Assembly: GCA_043814095.1 (NCBI GenBank)
Contig: JBDRKI010000052.1
Span: 1 to 47,129, forward strand
Direction of reading: 5' to 3'
DNA from: Armatimonadota bacterium
Lineage (GTDB): Bacteria; Vulcanimicrobiota; JACPDS01; JBDRKI01
DNA length: 47,129 bases
The first letter of the stretch is position 1; each line of letters starts with the position of its first letter. The notes under the pieces are model-generated. The model searched no databases. It saw nothing but the letters and a program-made list of their open reading frames with translations, and was not told where the DNA came from. Made by a program: the position numbers and the translations under genes. Positions 12,585 to 22,921 of the stretch are shown here, one piece after another.

Positions 12585-12630
12585 TATTTATAGAAAAATT
12601 AAGTTAAAATAAATTAATTTAGAGGTGAAA

Positions 12631-13713
12631 ATGGCAAAATTAAAGAATATATTCATACTACTCTTTATTTTAACGGTTATTTTTACTTTTATGGCAAAAG
12701 CGGAAGAAATCAATAACAATAAAACGGAACTGGTTGATATAAGCAGTCTGGATTCCAGTATTCAGGTTGATTTGAAATATGCCTCAGGGGATAATGTTTT
12801 CGGCGAAATCATTTACCCGGCAAACAAAGCTTATCTGCAGAAGCCGGTAGCGGAGAAACTTATAAAGATCCAGGAGAAACTGAACAAAAAAGGCTACAGC
12901 TTAAAAATATGGGACGCTTACAGACCTTTATCCGTTCAGAAATTAATTTGGAAAATAAAACCGGACTCCATGTTTGTGGCAAACCCGGCAACGGGCTCCA
13001 ATCATAACAGGGGCTGCGCCGTTGACGCGACCCTTACGGACAAAAACGGGAACGAAATTCCCATGCCTACCAAATTTGACGATTTTTCCCCAAAGGCAAG
13101 CCCTGATTATAACAACCTATCAAAAGATATAATTAAAAACAGGGATCTTTTAATAAAGGTTTTTAAAGAAGAAGGATTTGTTCAGTATAAAAATGAATGG
13201 TGGCATTTTAATTATAAAGATGCCAAGCAATATCCCGTTTTAGACATATCTTTTGAGGAGCTTTCAGAGGATGCGGGCGCAGGTAAAAAAGAAGAAGAAA
13301 AAATTGATATAGAAAAGGATGCTCTGGACAAAGTAAGGATCATTTTTGATCTTAGCGACATAAAAGATTCCCTGGATTTTTTAGATTCCATGCCTCTTTA
13401 TGAAGAAAAAAGCATTTACACATACAGGGGCATAAAAATCAAAAACGAAGAGCAGGATTTTTATTTAATAATAAACCCGCCCAATATAGTATTGTTCAAC
13501 AAAGAAAAATCGGAACTTGTTTTGCTGCCCACGACAAACATAATGGGTTTTGTGTTTATCATAAATGATGAAATAACAGAACCGAAGGAATCAATATTTA
13601 GTCTTGCAGGAAGGGCTGACATAAGGTCAGAAGTCTTTGCTTTAAAATCAAGAGGGTTTAACTGGCAGGAAAACGAGGGAATAATAAAAATTAGGGTTTT
13701 CAGGTGGAAATAA
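12631..13713 (+). CDS. Exported D-Ala-D-Ala dipeptidase (M15D, VanX/DdpX family) with unknown C-terminal domain
   Basis: WDAYRP, SNHNRGCAVD (SxHxxGxAxD), NEWWHF; N-terminal signal peptide. Confidence 0.88.
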   Translation: MAKLKNIFILLFILTVIFTFMAKAEEINNNKTELVDISSLDSSIQVDLKYASGDNVFGEIIYPANKAYLQKPVAEKLIKIQEKLNKKGYSLKIWDAYRPLSVQKLIWKIKPDSMFVANPATGSNHNRGCAVDATLTDKNGNEIPMPTKFDDFSPKASPDYNNLSKDIIKNRDLLIKVFKEEGFVQYKNEWWHFNYKDAKQYPVLDISFEELSEDAGAGKKEEEKIDIEKDALDKVRIIFDLSDIKDSLDFLDSMPLYEEKSIYTYRGIKIKNEEQDFYLIINPPNIVLFNKEKSELVLLPTTNIMGFVFIINDEITEPKESIFSLAGRADIRSEVFALKSRGFNWQENEGIIKIRVFRWK

Positions 13714-13736
13714 CAGTTATTATTTAAGGAGGCTGC

Positions 13737-15524
13737 ATGAGAAAAAATATAATATGGTCTATTGCGGTTTTTTCACTTGTTTTTAGCATCATAGTTTTCT
13801 CCGGCGGGTGTACATCAACCGCAACGGGGGCAAAAACAGATACGGGCAGTCTGGGGACAAGTCCGTGGGAGATTGAGTATCCGTCCCCCCTCGGTAATGT
13901 TATTAATAATTTATGGGGTACATCAAAGGATAATGTTTATGCGACGGTTAATCAGGGCGGGCTTCTTCGCTACAACGGCAGTGTATGGGAGACCGTAAAT
14001 ACCGGGACTGATTCGTATATAAACGGGGTATGGGGTTCTTCCGCGAGCGATATTTTCGCAACAACTTCCGAAGGAGAGGTTCTCCATTTTAACGGTTCTA
14101 CATGGAGCAGGACCACTATAAGCAGCGGTGATTTTCTTACTAGTGTGTGGGGCTCTTCTGCAAGCGATGTCTTTGTTGTTGGTTTTAGCGGCATAGTTTT
14201 TCATTATGACGGTTCTGCATGGACAAGAATGACTTCAAATACAACACAGGCCTTAATTGCCGTGTGGGGTTCTGCATCAGATGATGTTTTTGCTGTTGGC
14301 AACGACGGGACTATTATTCATTATGACGGCGCTAACTGGGCGGCAATGGCATCGGGCACGGCAAATGACTTAAAAGGCGTATGGGGTACTGCGGCAAATA
14401 ATGTTTATGTCGCGGGAGAAACCGGTACTCTTCTTAAGTATAACGGCGCTGTATGGGCAGCGGAAGCTCCAGGTACCGCTCAAACTCTATGGAGAATTCA
14501 CGGTATAGACGCAAATAATATTTATGTTGTGGGATTTGCCGGAACAGTGCTTTCTTATGACGGAGCCAACTGGAACCAGCTGACTCCCGGAACGGCTGAA
14601 AACCTTTATGCTGTCTGGGAAAGCTCAGACGGCACGGTTTTTATAGGAGGCAATGCGGGTGTTTTATTTAAATACAGTTCGGCTGAATGGACGGAGCTCT
14701 CTTCCGGATCAAGATCATGGCTTTTCGGCGTATGGGGTTCGGGAGAAAGGGATATATTTACGGTTGGTACCGGAGGTGCAATACTGCATTATGACGGCCG
14801 GTCATGGTCAACTATGACATCCCCGACCGCGAATAATCTAAGGAGCGTATGGGGCAATAATTCCCGGGATGTTTATTCTGTAAGCGGTAACGGCGATATA
14901 ATTCATTATGACGGTTCTGCCTGGACGGCAATGACATCTCCCACGGCAAATACGCTCTGGACGGTCTGGGGTATAGGTTCCAGGGTTTTCGCAGGGGGCA
15001 ATGCCGGTACAATAATAAGCTATGACGGTTTTGCCTGGACAGCTATGAATTCCACTACAGATCAGATAATTTATTCAATATGGGGGACTTCTGTAAATAA
15101 TGTTATAGCTGTGGGCGCGGCCGGCACGATTCTTAATTATAATGGTATGGGCTGGAGCGCAATGACATCTCCCACAGCTAATGTTCTTTATTCTGTGTGG
15201 GGTGCATCTTCAAATGATATCTTTGCGGTTGGTGCGGCCGGCACAATTATTCATTATGACGGTAATAACTGGACAGCTATGACATCGGGTACTGCAAATA
15301 ATCTCTGGGCGGTATGGGGAACAAGCGGCACGGATGTTTTTGCGGCCGGAGTTGGGGGTACTATTCTTCATTATGACGGCGGTTCATGGACAAGCATGTA
15401 TTCTTCCACCGAGAACCTCTTGCTGGGGCTCTGGGGGACATCCCCCCTTAACGTATATGCGGTAGGATTAAACGGTACAATTATTAAGTACAGGAATCCG
15501 CTTTATTATTTTGAACAGCAGTAA
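13737..15524 (+). CDS. Lipoprotein with 14 beta-propeller repeats
   Basis: Signal ending FSGG-C; 14 copies of about 39-aa L..VWG....DVFAVG..GTI.HYDG..W. Confidence 0.85.
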   Translation: MRKNIIWSIAVFSLVFSIIVFSGGCTSTATGAKTDTGSLGTSPWEIEYPSPLGNVINNLWGTSKDNVYATVNQGGLLRYNGSVWETVNTGTDSYINGVWGSSASDIFATTSEGEVLHFNGSTWSRTTISSGDFLTSVWGSSASDVFVVGFSGIVFHYDGSAWTRMTSNTTQALIAVWGSASDDVFAVGNDGTIIHYDGANWAAMASGTANDLKGVWGTAANNVYVAGETGTLLKYNGAVWAAEAPGTAQTLWRIHGIDANNIYVVGFAGTVLSYDGANWNQLTPGTAENLYAVWESSDGTVFIGGNAGVLFKYSSAEWTELSSGSRSWLFGVWGSGERDIFTVGTGGAILHYDGRSWSTMTSPTANNLRSVWGNNSRDVYSVSGNGDIIHYDGSAWTAMTSPTANTLWTVWGIGSRVFAGGNAGTIISYDGFAWTAMNSTTDQIIYSIWGTSVNNVIAVGAAGTILNYNGMGWSAMTSPTANVLYSVWGASSNDIFAVGAAGTIIHYDGNNWTAMTSGTANNLWAVWGTSGTDVFAAGVGGTILHYDGGSWTSMYSSTENLLLGLWGTSPLNVYAVGLNGTIIKYRNPLYYFEQQ

Positions 15525-15536
15525 AAAGAGTGTTTA

Positions 15537-15565
15537 TTGACTAAGAATGCTTAAAGTTATATAAT
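15537..15565 (+). promoter_or_regulatory. sigma70 promoter of secG
   Basis: TTGACT (15537-15542) - 17 nt - TATAAT (15560-15565). Confidence 0.75.
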
Positions 15566-15603
15566 ACTCAGCATAATAATAGATACTGCAAGAGGAGAAA
15601 AAG

Positions 15604-15990
15604 ATGTTTAATTATATGTACGGGGTATTTTTCAATATATTTAATTTCTGCGCTAAAACTGCGGAAGTCCCGGTAGTTCCGGAAGCTTCTGTCCCTGTTT
15701 CAACGCCGATGCCTATTGAAGTTCCTATTGCGCAGGCCACTTCCGCCATGAGCACGCTCCAGTATGTAATACTTTTTGTTTATTTTGCCGTATGTGCGGC
15801 CCTGGTTTTCCTGGTGCTTGTCCAGACCAGTAAGAGCGAAGGATTAATGGGCACGCTCGGCGGATCAACACAGTCCGTTTTTAAGGGCAAGAAATCCGTG
15901 GAAGAACAAATGACAAAAATAACCGCGTATATTGCCGTCGGTTTTATCGTATTATCAGTTCTGATAGGCTTATTTGTGTTTAAAAGATAA
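15604..15990 (+). CDS. secG: Preprotein translocase subunit SecG with N-terminal extension
   Basis: TM-LVLVQTSKSEGLMGTLGG...VF.GKK..E..MTKIT-TM; position downstream of tpiA. Confidence 0.88.
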   Translation: MFNYMYGVFFNIFNFCAKTAEVPVVPEASVPVSTPMPIEVPIAQATSAMSTLQYVILFVYFAVCAALVFLVLVQTSKSEGLMGTLGGSTQSVFKGKKSVEEQMTKITAYIAVGFIVLSVLIGLFVFKR

Positions 15991-16010
15991 ATAAAAGATA
16001 AAGATATAAC

Positions 16011-16049
16011 AAAAGAACCGGTTTTAATTTTAAGCCGGTTTTTTGTTTT
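16011..16049 (+). terminator. Rho-independent terminator after secG
   Basis: AACCGGTTT...AAGCCGGTT followed by TTTTGTTTT. Confidence 0.7.
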
Positions 16050-16174
16050 ATATAACTAAGTTATCTTATTTAAAACAAAAATATATTAATTAAATATAGC
16101 AATTAAAGGAAAAATTTATAAGAAAATGGAATAGCAGTTAATTAGAGAGGGAATATAATTTTGGAGGTATATTT

Positions 16175-17332
16175 ATGTCCAGTAAATATAATTTTGCCAC
16201 CCGGGCCATACATTCAGGATATAATCCCGATAAAAATCTTGGTTCTATCAGCGTGCCGATCTATCAAACCAGCATATTTAAATTAAACGATTTTGATAAA
16301 CCCAGGCACGGATTTGATTATTCCAGAAATGATAATCCCACAAGAGCTGTCCTGGAGAGCTGTATTGCCGATCTTGAAGGCGCGAAATACGGCCTTGCTT
16401 TTTCTTCCGGAATGGCGGCTATAAATAACTGTATTTATCTTCTGACTTCCGGCAGTCATGTGATTGTTTCACAGCACCTTTACGGCGGGACATACAGGTA
16501 TTTTGCGAAAGTTGCGACTAAATATAATATAGAGGTTGATTTTGTTGATATTACAAACCCGGATAATCTTGAAAGGCATATAAAAGAAAATACCAGGATG
16601 ATCTGGGTTGAGACTCCGAGTAATCCCCTTATGTACGTAACTGACCTTGAGAAAGTTGTTTCATGCGCCCAGAATTACAAAATAGTTACCGTGGCGGATA
16701 ATACTTTTATGACCCCTTATTTCCAGAATCCGTTAAGCTGGGGCATTGATATTGTTGTGCACAGCTGTACCAAGTATCTGGGAGGGCACAGCGACCTTCT
16801 TGCCGGAGCGCTCCTAACTTCAAATGACGAGATATACCAGGTAATGAAATTTCACCAGTCCGCGGTAGGGGCGGTGCCCGGCCCCCTGGATTGCTTCCTG
16901 CTTTTAAGGGGCATAAAAACACTGCCTCTTCGCATGGAAGCGCACGAGAAAAACGCCAAAACCATAGCGGATTATCTTCTGGAACACCCGAAGGTTAAGA
17001 CGCTTTATTATCCGGGACTTGCCGATCACCCCCAGTATATAGTGGCGGCGAAACAGATGAAGGGTTCCGGAGGAATTGTGTCTTTTGAATTAAACGGAGA
17101 TGAAGAGGCGGTAAATAAGTTTATAAAAGGATTAAATCTCTTCTCTCTTACGGGGAGTCTCGGCGGAGTTGAGTCCCTGGTATCTGTCCCGTATCATATG
17201 AGCCATGCCGCATTTCCTAAGGAAATCAGGGAATCGCTGGGTATCACGTCCAATTTAATGCGTCTTTCGGTCGGTATTGAGGATATAAACGATATTATAC
17301 AGGATTTAGACAAGGGCTTTAACGCCATATAG
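16175..17332 (+). CDS. Cystathionine gamma-synthase/gamma-lyase family PLP enzyme
   Basis: PIYQTS, YSR..NPT, FSSGMAA, ETPSNP, DNTF, HSCTKYLGGHSD (PLP Lys), SLGGVESL, RLSVGIE. Confidence 0.93.
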   Translation: MSSKYNFATRAIHSGYNPDKNLGSISVPIYQTSIFKLNDFDKPRHGFDYSRNDNPTRAVLESCIADLEGAKYGLAFSSGMAAINNCIYLLTSGSHVIVSQHLYGGTYRYFAKVATKYNIEVDFVDITNPDNLERHIKENTRMIWVETPSNPLMYVTDLEKVVSCAQNYKIVTVADNTFMTPYFQNPLSWGIDIVVHSCTKYLGGHSDLLAGALLTSNDEIYQVMKFHQSAVGAVPGPLDCFLLLRGIKTLPLRMEAHEKNAKTIADYLLEHPKVKTLYYPGLADHPQYIVAAKQMKGSGGIVSFELNGDEEAVNKFIKGLNLFSLTGSLGGVESLVSVPYHMSHAAFPKEIRESLGITSNLMRLSVGIEDINDIIQDLDKGFNAI

Positions 17333-17362
17333 TATTTAAATGTTTTAACGCGAGGGTTTTTT

Positions 17363-19273
17363 ATGAGAAAAACAATTTTTATTTTTTTGTTTTTATGTTT
17401 TTTTGCAGGGACATCCTTTGCTTTTGATCTGGAGAAGATAAGCAGAACGGCTCCGGGCCAGCTGGATTATCCGGGAGCTACCGCTTTAATATTAAAAGAT
17501 TATATAAGCTATGAATATAATAACAACGGCACGGTTATTCAGACTGAAGACGAGGTGGTAAAGGTATTAAATTCCGCAGGGGTGGAGAAATTTGATGAAT
17601 TAAATTATGTGTATGATTCTGCCACAACCGAGCTTCTGGTGGAAGAAGCCGCATTCCTTGCTCCTGACGGCAGGATTTCAAAGGCCGAGGTGGATGATAT
17701 AGCGCCCGGGGAGCATCTTGCCCATTTTGGCAGTATAAGGATAAAAAAGATAAAGTTTACCGGTCTTTCGGAAGGATCCATTATAGAATATAAGACAAAA
17801 ATGATTATAAAAAAGCCGGACATAAAAGATAACTTCTGGGGAGTTTCTTATTTCCAGAATTTTGAACCCATGCTGGAATCTGTTCTAACGGCGAAAGTCC
17901 CTTACGGAAAAGAATTTTTTTATAAATCCCTTGGAGAGTATAAGGTAGAACCGTCCGTGGAAAAGACCAGAGATACCGTTGTATATAAGTGGAAGTCTTT
18001 TAATAACCCTATCTTTGTGAAAGAACCCGCCGCGCCTTCTATTTACAGCAGTGTAGCGCAGGTGCGCCTTTCAACTCTGTCTTCGTGGGATACGGTTGCC
18101 AAAAGATATGCCGAGTTTATGAGGTTCAGTAAGCCCGTATATCTTACAATTAACAATACGGTCACGGAAATTACCTCGGGGATAAAAGACGAGAAAGAAA
18201 AAATAAGGGTTATACATGATTATATAGTTAAAAATTACCGCCATATAGACATTGATTTTAACAGGATAGGACTTGCTCCCAGGAAAGTGGATGAAGTTAT
18301 AAAATATAAGGCGGGAAATTCCCAGGACCTTACCGCGCTTTTTGTAAATATGCTCAGGGCCTGCAACATAAAGGCATATCCGGCCCTGGTGGGCACCAGA
18401 GACTATTTAAAGCTGAACAAAGATATCGTGGATCCGTCACAGTTTAATCTGGGCATTGCCGCCGTCCCGTTAAAGGATGAATATTTATTCGTGGACATTA
18501 CGTCAAAGTATAATTCTATTGATAATATTCCGTCAGGCATACAGGGTCAGACGGCCCTGGTATCCGTGAACGGGAAAGCGGAATTTCGCGATATTCCCGT
18601 AAAAAGCGCAGATTTCAACAAAGAAAACATTGTTGTGGAAGCGCTGGTTGAAAAAGACGGCTCAATAAAAGAGGCGGTTAAGGCAAGGGAGTCGGGCGCG
18701 AACAGCGCCATGCTGCGTACTTTTATTTCCGAATTTGATAAGCTTTACCAGAGACTTATAATCGTTCTGCTTGCCAGGACAATTCATCCGGATGCCTCTA
18801 TTATGGACGCGTATCTGTCCGATATAAATAAAATAAACGATCCGTACGATATTTCCTTCATATTTAAGGCGCCTGATTTTATTGACGCGGATTCGGAGCT
18901 TATGTATTTTACGCTCCCGATGTTTCCGCTTCAGAACCTTCTGGATGTCGCGGGAGAGGATCCGTGCGAGAGGGTTAATCCCGTTGTGATAAGCTCAACC
19001 ATACTCTCGGTTAAGGATATAAACATAACCCTGCCGGACGGGTTTATTCCCATGGGACTTCCCAGTCCAATAGAGATAAACAATCCTGTGGGCTTTTATA
19101 AATATTCCAACTCCTTCAGGGGCGGCAGGATAACCGCGTCCTCCTCCCTGCGGATAGACAAAATAGAAGTTTCGCAAGAGGATTACAAGTATTTAAGGAA
19201 TCTTATAGAAGCGGCGGTTGCGACAGAACGGGGATTAATTGTACTGAAAAATAAATCCGCGGATAAGCAGTGA
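17363..19273 (+). CDS. Exported DUF3857 / transglutaminase-like fold protein (catalytic residues degenerate)
   Basis: Signal peptide; GSIIEY DUF3857-like region; TGase-like region GNSQDLTALFVNMLRACNIKAYPALV...QFNLGI...FVDIT. Confidence 0.78.
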   Translation: MRKTIFIFLFLCFFAGTSFAFDLEKISRTAPGQLDYPGATALILKDYISYEYNNNGTVIQTEDEVVKVLNSAGVEKFDELNYVYDSATTELLVEEAAFLAPDGRISKAEVDDIAPGEHLAHFGSIRIKKIKFTGLSEGSIIEYKTKMIIKKPDIKDNFWGVSYFQNFEPMLESVLTAKVPYGKEFFYKSLGEYKVEPSVEKTRDTVVYKWKSFNNPIFVKEPAAPSIYSSVAQVRLSTLSSWDTVAKRYAEFMRFSKPVYLTINNTVTEITSGIKDEKEKIRVIHDYIVKNYRHIDIDFNRIGLAPRKVDEVIKYKAGNSQDLTALFVNMLRACNIKAYPALVGTRDYLKLNKDIVDPSQFNLGIAAVPLKDEYLFVDITSKYNSIDNIPSGIQGQTALVSVNGKAEFRDIPVKSADFNKENIVVEALVEKDGSIKEAVKARESGANSAMLRTFISEFDKLYQRLIIVLLARTIHPDASIMDAYLSDINKINDPYDISFIFKAPDFIDADSELMYFTLPMFPLQNLLDVAGEDPCERVNPVVISSTILSVKDINITLPDGFIPMGLPSPIEINNPVGFYKYSNSFRGGRITASSSLRIDKIEVSQEDYKYLRNLIEAAVATERGLIVLKNKSADKQ

Positions 19274-19285
19274 CGGGATATTCTT

Positions 19286-20140
19286 ATGCAGGTTAATGCG
19301 TATGCCAAGATAAACTGGCATCTGAAAATTTTAAAAAGAGAAAAAGACGGCTACCATAATATATGCACCGTTTTTCAGTCAGTATCGCTTAAAGATGTGT
19401 TGAAATTCAAAAAAAGAGAAAAAGGTTTTATTTTCAAGACGAACGCGAAAGGCATTCCCCGGGGAGATGACAATCTTGTTTTAAAGGCGGCGCGGGCTTT
19501 ATCCGGTCATGCCGGCGCGGAAATATTTTTAGACAAAAAAATACCACATCAGGCGGGAATGGGCGGGGGCAGCGCGGACGCGGCGGCGGCTTTAAATGCA
19601 TTAAACATTTTGTTGAAGATTAACCTGCCGGAGCCGGAACTGGCAGAAAAGGCCGCGTGTCTGGGAGCGGATGTCGCTTTTAACTTAAAAGGCGGCACGG
19701 CAATAGGAACGGGCAGGGGAGAGAAGTTAAAGTTTTATAAAAATACCAAAATCTACAAGCTGGTTATTGTTAAGCCGGATAAAGGCGTTCCGACAAAACG
19801 GGCTTATGAAGAATTTGATAAGTTAAATTTACCCGCAGAATCTGAAAAGAAGGTGTTAAAATCCGCCGGAAAGCTTATAAAAGCCCTGCGGGCAGGCGAT
19901 CTTGAGGCAATTAAAAAATACGCGGTTAATGATTTTGAGAAAGTCATCTATCCCGGGTATCCGGGCATTAAAAAAATAAGGGATGAAATGATCGGAAAAG
20001 GCGCCGTTATTTCTCTTCTTTGCGGGTCCGGGTCCGCGGTTTTCGGATTATTTAAAACTTCTTATATGCAGAACAGGGCATATAGTTATTTTAAACGAAA
20101 GAAGAATATAAGGGTTTATAAAGCAAGAACATTAGGATAA
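19286..20140 (+). CDS. ispE: 4-diphosphocytidyl-2-C-methyl-D-erythritol kinase
   Basis: AYAKIN..L, DGYH, KKIPHQAGMGGGSADAAA, LGADV, NDFE, GSGSAVFG. Confidence 0.95.
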   Translation: MQVNAYAKINWHLKILKREKDGYHNICTVFQSVSLKDVLKFKKREKGFIFKTNAKGIPRGDDNLVLKAARALSGHAGAEIFLDKKIPHQAGMGGGSADAAAALNALNILLKINLPEPELAEKAACLGADVAFNLKGGTAIGTGRGEKLKFYKNTKIYKLVIVKPDKGVPTKRAYEEFDKLNLPAESEKKVLKSAGKLIKALRAGDLEAIKKYAVNDFEKVIYPGYPGIKKIRDEMIGKGAVISLLCGSGSAVFGLFKTSYMQNRAYSYFKRKKNIRVYKARTLG

Positions 20141-20153
20141 AAGGGAGATTGTT

Positions 20154-22907
20154 ATGAAAAAAATATTCTGGGTATTGCTGGCAGTATTGTTTTTTATTAT
20201 ATATTTCGGGAAGAAAATAGTTGATTTTCTTGTTGAATGGATATGGTTTATATCTGTGGGATACCAGGACGTGTTATATAAAGTTGTTTTTACAAGAATT
20301 TTCTTATTCTTAATATTTGCCGTTATATTCTTCCTCATACTTTACCTTAATATATATATGGCAAACAGATTAAAGCCCAAGATAGCGGATTTAAATATAG
20401 ATCCGCTGGAGAATTTTTTAAGAAATACACGCATAAAAAAGTTCAGCAGTCTTTTTATAATCCTTGCCGCGGCGCTCTTATCCCTTCTTTTTGCTTATGA
20501 GGTAAGCCTCAGGTGGGAGATGTTCCTGCAGTTTTTTAATGCGGTGGGATTCGGAAAGACCGACCCCGTATTTTCAAAGGATATCGGATTTTATATATTT
20601 AAGCTCCCTCTTATTAAGTATCTTTACGGCTGGATTATGTTTCTGCTCTTTGTAAATATTATTACGGCGGGTTTTATTTATTTTTCCTCAAGAGCCCTGC
20701 AGTATATAGGGAAAGAAGTTTATTTCACCAAAGCGGCCAAAGCCCATATTTTTATTCTGCTGGCGCTTCTTCTTGCGTTAAAAGGACTGGGATACCGCCT
20801 TAATATGTATGATCTTCTGTATTCCACAAAAGGAGTTGTTTTCGGCGCCACATATATTGATATATACGGATACCTGCCGCTGTTTTATATACTCGAAGTA
20901 GCGGCATTTATATGCGCGGCCGTTGCCGTTGTAAGCATTTTTGTAAAGAACTGGAAAATACTCGCAGGGAGCATTATTGTTTTTATTGCGGTATCGCTCT
21001 TGGGTACCGTGTATCCGACGGTATTGCAGAAGCTTGTGGTTAAGCCGAATGAGATAGACAAGGAAACTAAGTTTATAGAATACAGCATAAAGCACACAAG
21101 GGACGCATATAAACTTAACACGATAAAAGAAAGAGACTTTCCTTCCATCCAGGATATAACGTATAAAGATATACAGGACAACAATGCCACGATAAAAAAC
21201 GTAAGGCTCTGGGATCATAAACCCATCCTTGCCACCTATGAACAGCTTCAGGAGATAAGACAGTATTATAAATTCAGCGATGTTGATAATGACAGATACT
21301 ACATAAACGGGCAGTATACCCAGACAATGCTCAGCCCGCGCGAGATTTCATATAATGAACTTGAGAGTCGCGAATGGATTAACGAGCATCTTGTTTACAC
21401 TCACGGTTACGGATTCTGTATGGGCCCCGTTAACAAAGCAACTCCCGAGGGTCTCCCCGATTTCTTTGTGAAAGATATACCGCCGGTAACCCTGGATGAT
21501 ATAAATATCACGCGTCCCGAGATATATTTCGGGGAGCTTTCAAACGAATACAGCTTTGTAAACACAAAAAATGACAAGGGAGAATCTCCCGAATTTGATT
21601 ATCCTTCGGGCAATAAAAATATTTTTTGCGAGTATAAAGGTGACGGGCAGATAAAAGTCGGATCCATATTAAGGAAGCTGTTGTTTGCCTTGAAGTTTTC
21701 CCAGTCTAATATATTTTTCTCTGATTCAATAACAAATGACAGCAAGCTTATGTATCATAAAAAGGTATATAACAGAGTGAAAAAATGTGCTCCGCTGGTT
21801 TATTTTGACAACAATGATATTTACATGGTTGTGGGCAAAGACGGCAAACTTTACTGGATAGTTGAAGGGTTTACTGTTTCCGGTGATTATCCTTATTCGC
21901 GGCCGGCCGAATTTATAGGCAGTTATTACGGTAATTACATAAGGAATTCCGTTAAGGCGGTTGTTGACGCCTATACCGGAAAAATAGATTATTATGTAAG
22001 CGACCCTGATGATCCTATTATAAAAGTTCAGAGCAAAATCTTCCCGGGCGCATTTAAAGAGCTTTCCCGGATGCCGGATCACTTAAAGGCGCATCTAAGA
22101 TATCCCGTCAAGCTCTTTAAGATCCAGGCTGAAGTTTATTCCCTGTACCACATGACAGACCCGCAGGTATTTTATAATAAAGAAGATCTCTGGAGAATCT
22201 CAAGAACATCTTCCGGCGGTGACGGCAACGGGTCCATGGAGCCGTATTATACGATTTTGAAATTTCCCAATGCCACCCAAGAAGAGTTTATCTTAATGAT
22301 ACCGTTTTCTCCGGTAAATAAGAATAATATGATTGCGTGGATGGCCGCAAGGTGTGATTTCCCGCATTACGGCGGAATAGTTACTTACAGGTTCCCCAAA
22401 AAGAAGCTTATTTACGGTCCCAGCCAGATTGACGCGAGAATTGACCAGAATCCCGATATATCAAAGCAGCTCACCCTGTGGGGGCAGGGCGGTTCGCGCG
22501 TTCAGAGGGGGTCACTGCTTGTTATACCCATAGAAGAATCCTTGCTCTATATCGAACCTCTCTACCTTTCCGCGGAAAAGGGCCAGCTCCCGGAACTTAA
22601 GAGAATAATTGTTTCCTATAAAGATAATGTCGTAATGGAGGACAATCTTGAAGAGGCCTTAAGGCAGATATTTAAGGGGATAAAGGCATCTCCTGTAAAA
22701 ACCGTAAGAATTAAGGCTGTTGATGAAGAAATAGAAAGCTCCGCGGCGAAGGAGCCTGATTCGGTAAAGGACTTAATAAATAAAGCTTCAGATACATATA
22801 ATGCCGCGGTAAACGCACAGAAAGACGGGAACTGGGCTTTATACGGAAATAAAATAAATGAACTTAAAGATATACTGAAAGAATTAAAGCAGAAATCAGG
22901 TAAATAA
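20154..22907 (+). CDS. UPF0182 family membrane protein
   Basis: WF.SVGY, DPVFSKDIGFYIF.LP, VKPNE..KE, NVRLWD, HLVYTHGYG, NYIRNSVK, HLRYP, YIEPLYL. Confidence 0.93.
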   Translation: MKKIFWVLLAVLFFIIYFGKKIVDFLVEWIWFISVGYQDVLYKVVFTRIFLFLIFAVIFFLILYLNIYMANRLKPKIADLNIDPLENFLRNTRIKKFSSLFIILAAALLSLLFAYEVSLRWEMFLQFFNAVGFGKTDPVFSKDIGFYIFKLPLIKYLYGWIMFLLFVNIITAGFIYFSSRALQYIGKEVYFTKAAKAHIFILLALLLALKGLGYRLNMYDLLYSTKGVVFGATYIDIYGYLPLFYILEVAAFICAAVAVVSIFVKNWKILAGSIIVFIAVSLLGTVYPTVLQKLVVKPNEIDKETKFIEYSIKHTRDAYKLNTIKERDFPSIQDITYKDIQDNNATIKNVRLWDHKPILATYEQLQEIRQYYKFSDVDNDRYYINGQYTQTMLSPREISYNELESREWINEHLVYTHGYGFCMGPVNKATPEGLPDFFVKDIPPVTLDDINITRPEIYFGELSNEYSFVNTKNDKGESPEFDYPSGNKNIFCEYKGDGQIKVGSILRKLLFALKFSQSNIFFSDSITNDSKLMYHKKVYNRVKKCAPLVYFDNNDIYMVVGKDGKLYWIVEGFTVSGDYPYSRPAEFIGSYYGNYIRNSVKAVVDAYTGKIDYYVSDPDDPIIKVQSKIFPGAFKELSRMPDHLKAHLRYPVKLFKIQAEVYSLYHMTDPQVFYNKEDLWRISRTSSGGDGNGSMEPYYTILKFPNATQEEFILMIPFSPVNKNNMIAWMAARCDFPHYGGIVTYRFPKKKLIYGPSQIDARIDQNPDISKQLTLWGQGGSRVQRGSLLVIPIEESLLYIEPLYLSAEKGQLPELKRIIVSYKDNVVMEDNLEEALRQIFKGIKASPVKTVRIKAVDEEIESSAAKEPDSVKDLINKASDTYNAAVNAQKDGNWALYGNKINELKDILKELKQKSGK

Positions 22908-22921
22908 TATACGGGGAATTA

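Noticed and set aside
12631-13260. Vancomycin-resistance locus
   Set aside because: Only a VanX-family peptidase with a signal peptide; no ligase, dehydrogenase or two-component genes
15991-16174. SAM riboswitch, T-box, tRNA or tmRNA between secG and the Met/Cys enzyme
   Set aside because: Very AT-rich; only a terminator hairpin is visible, with no conserved motifs
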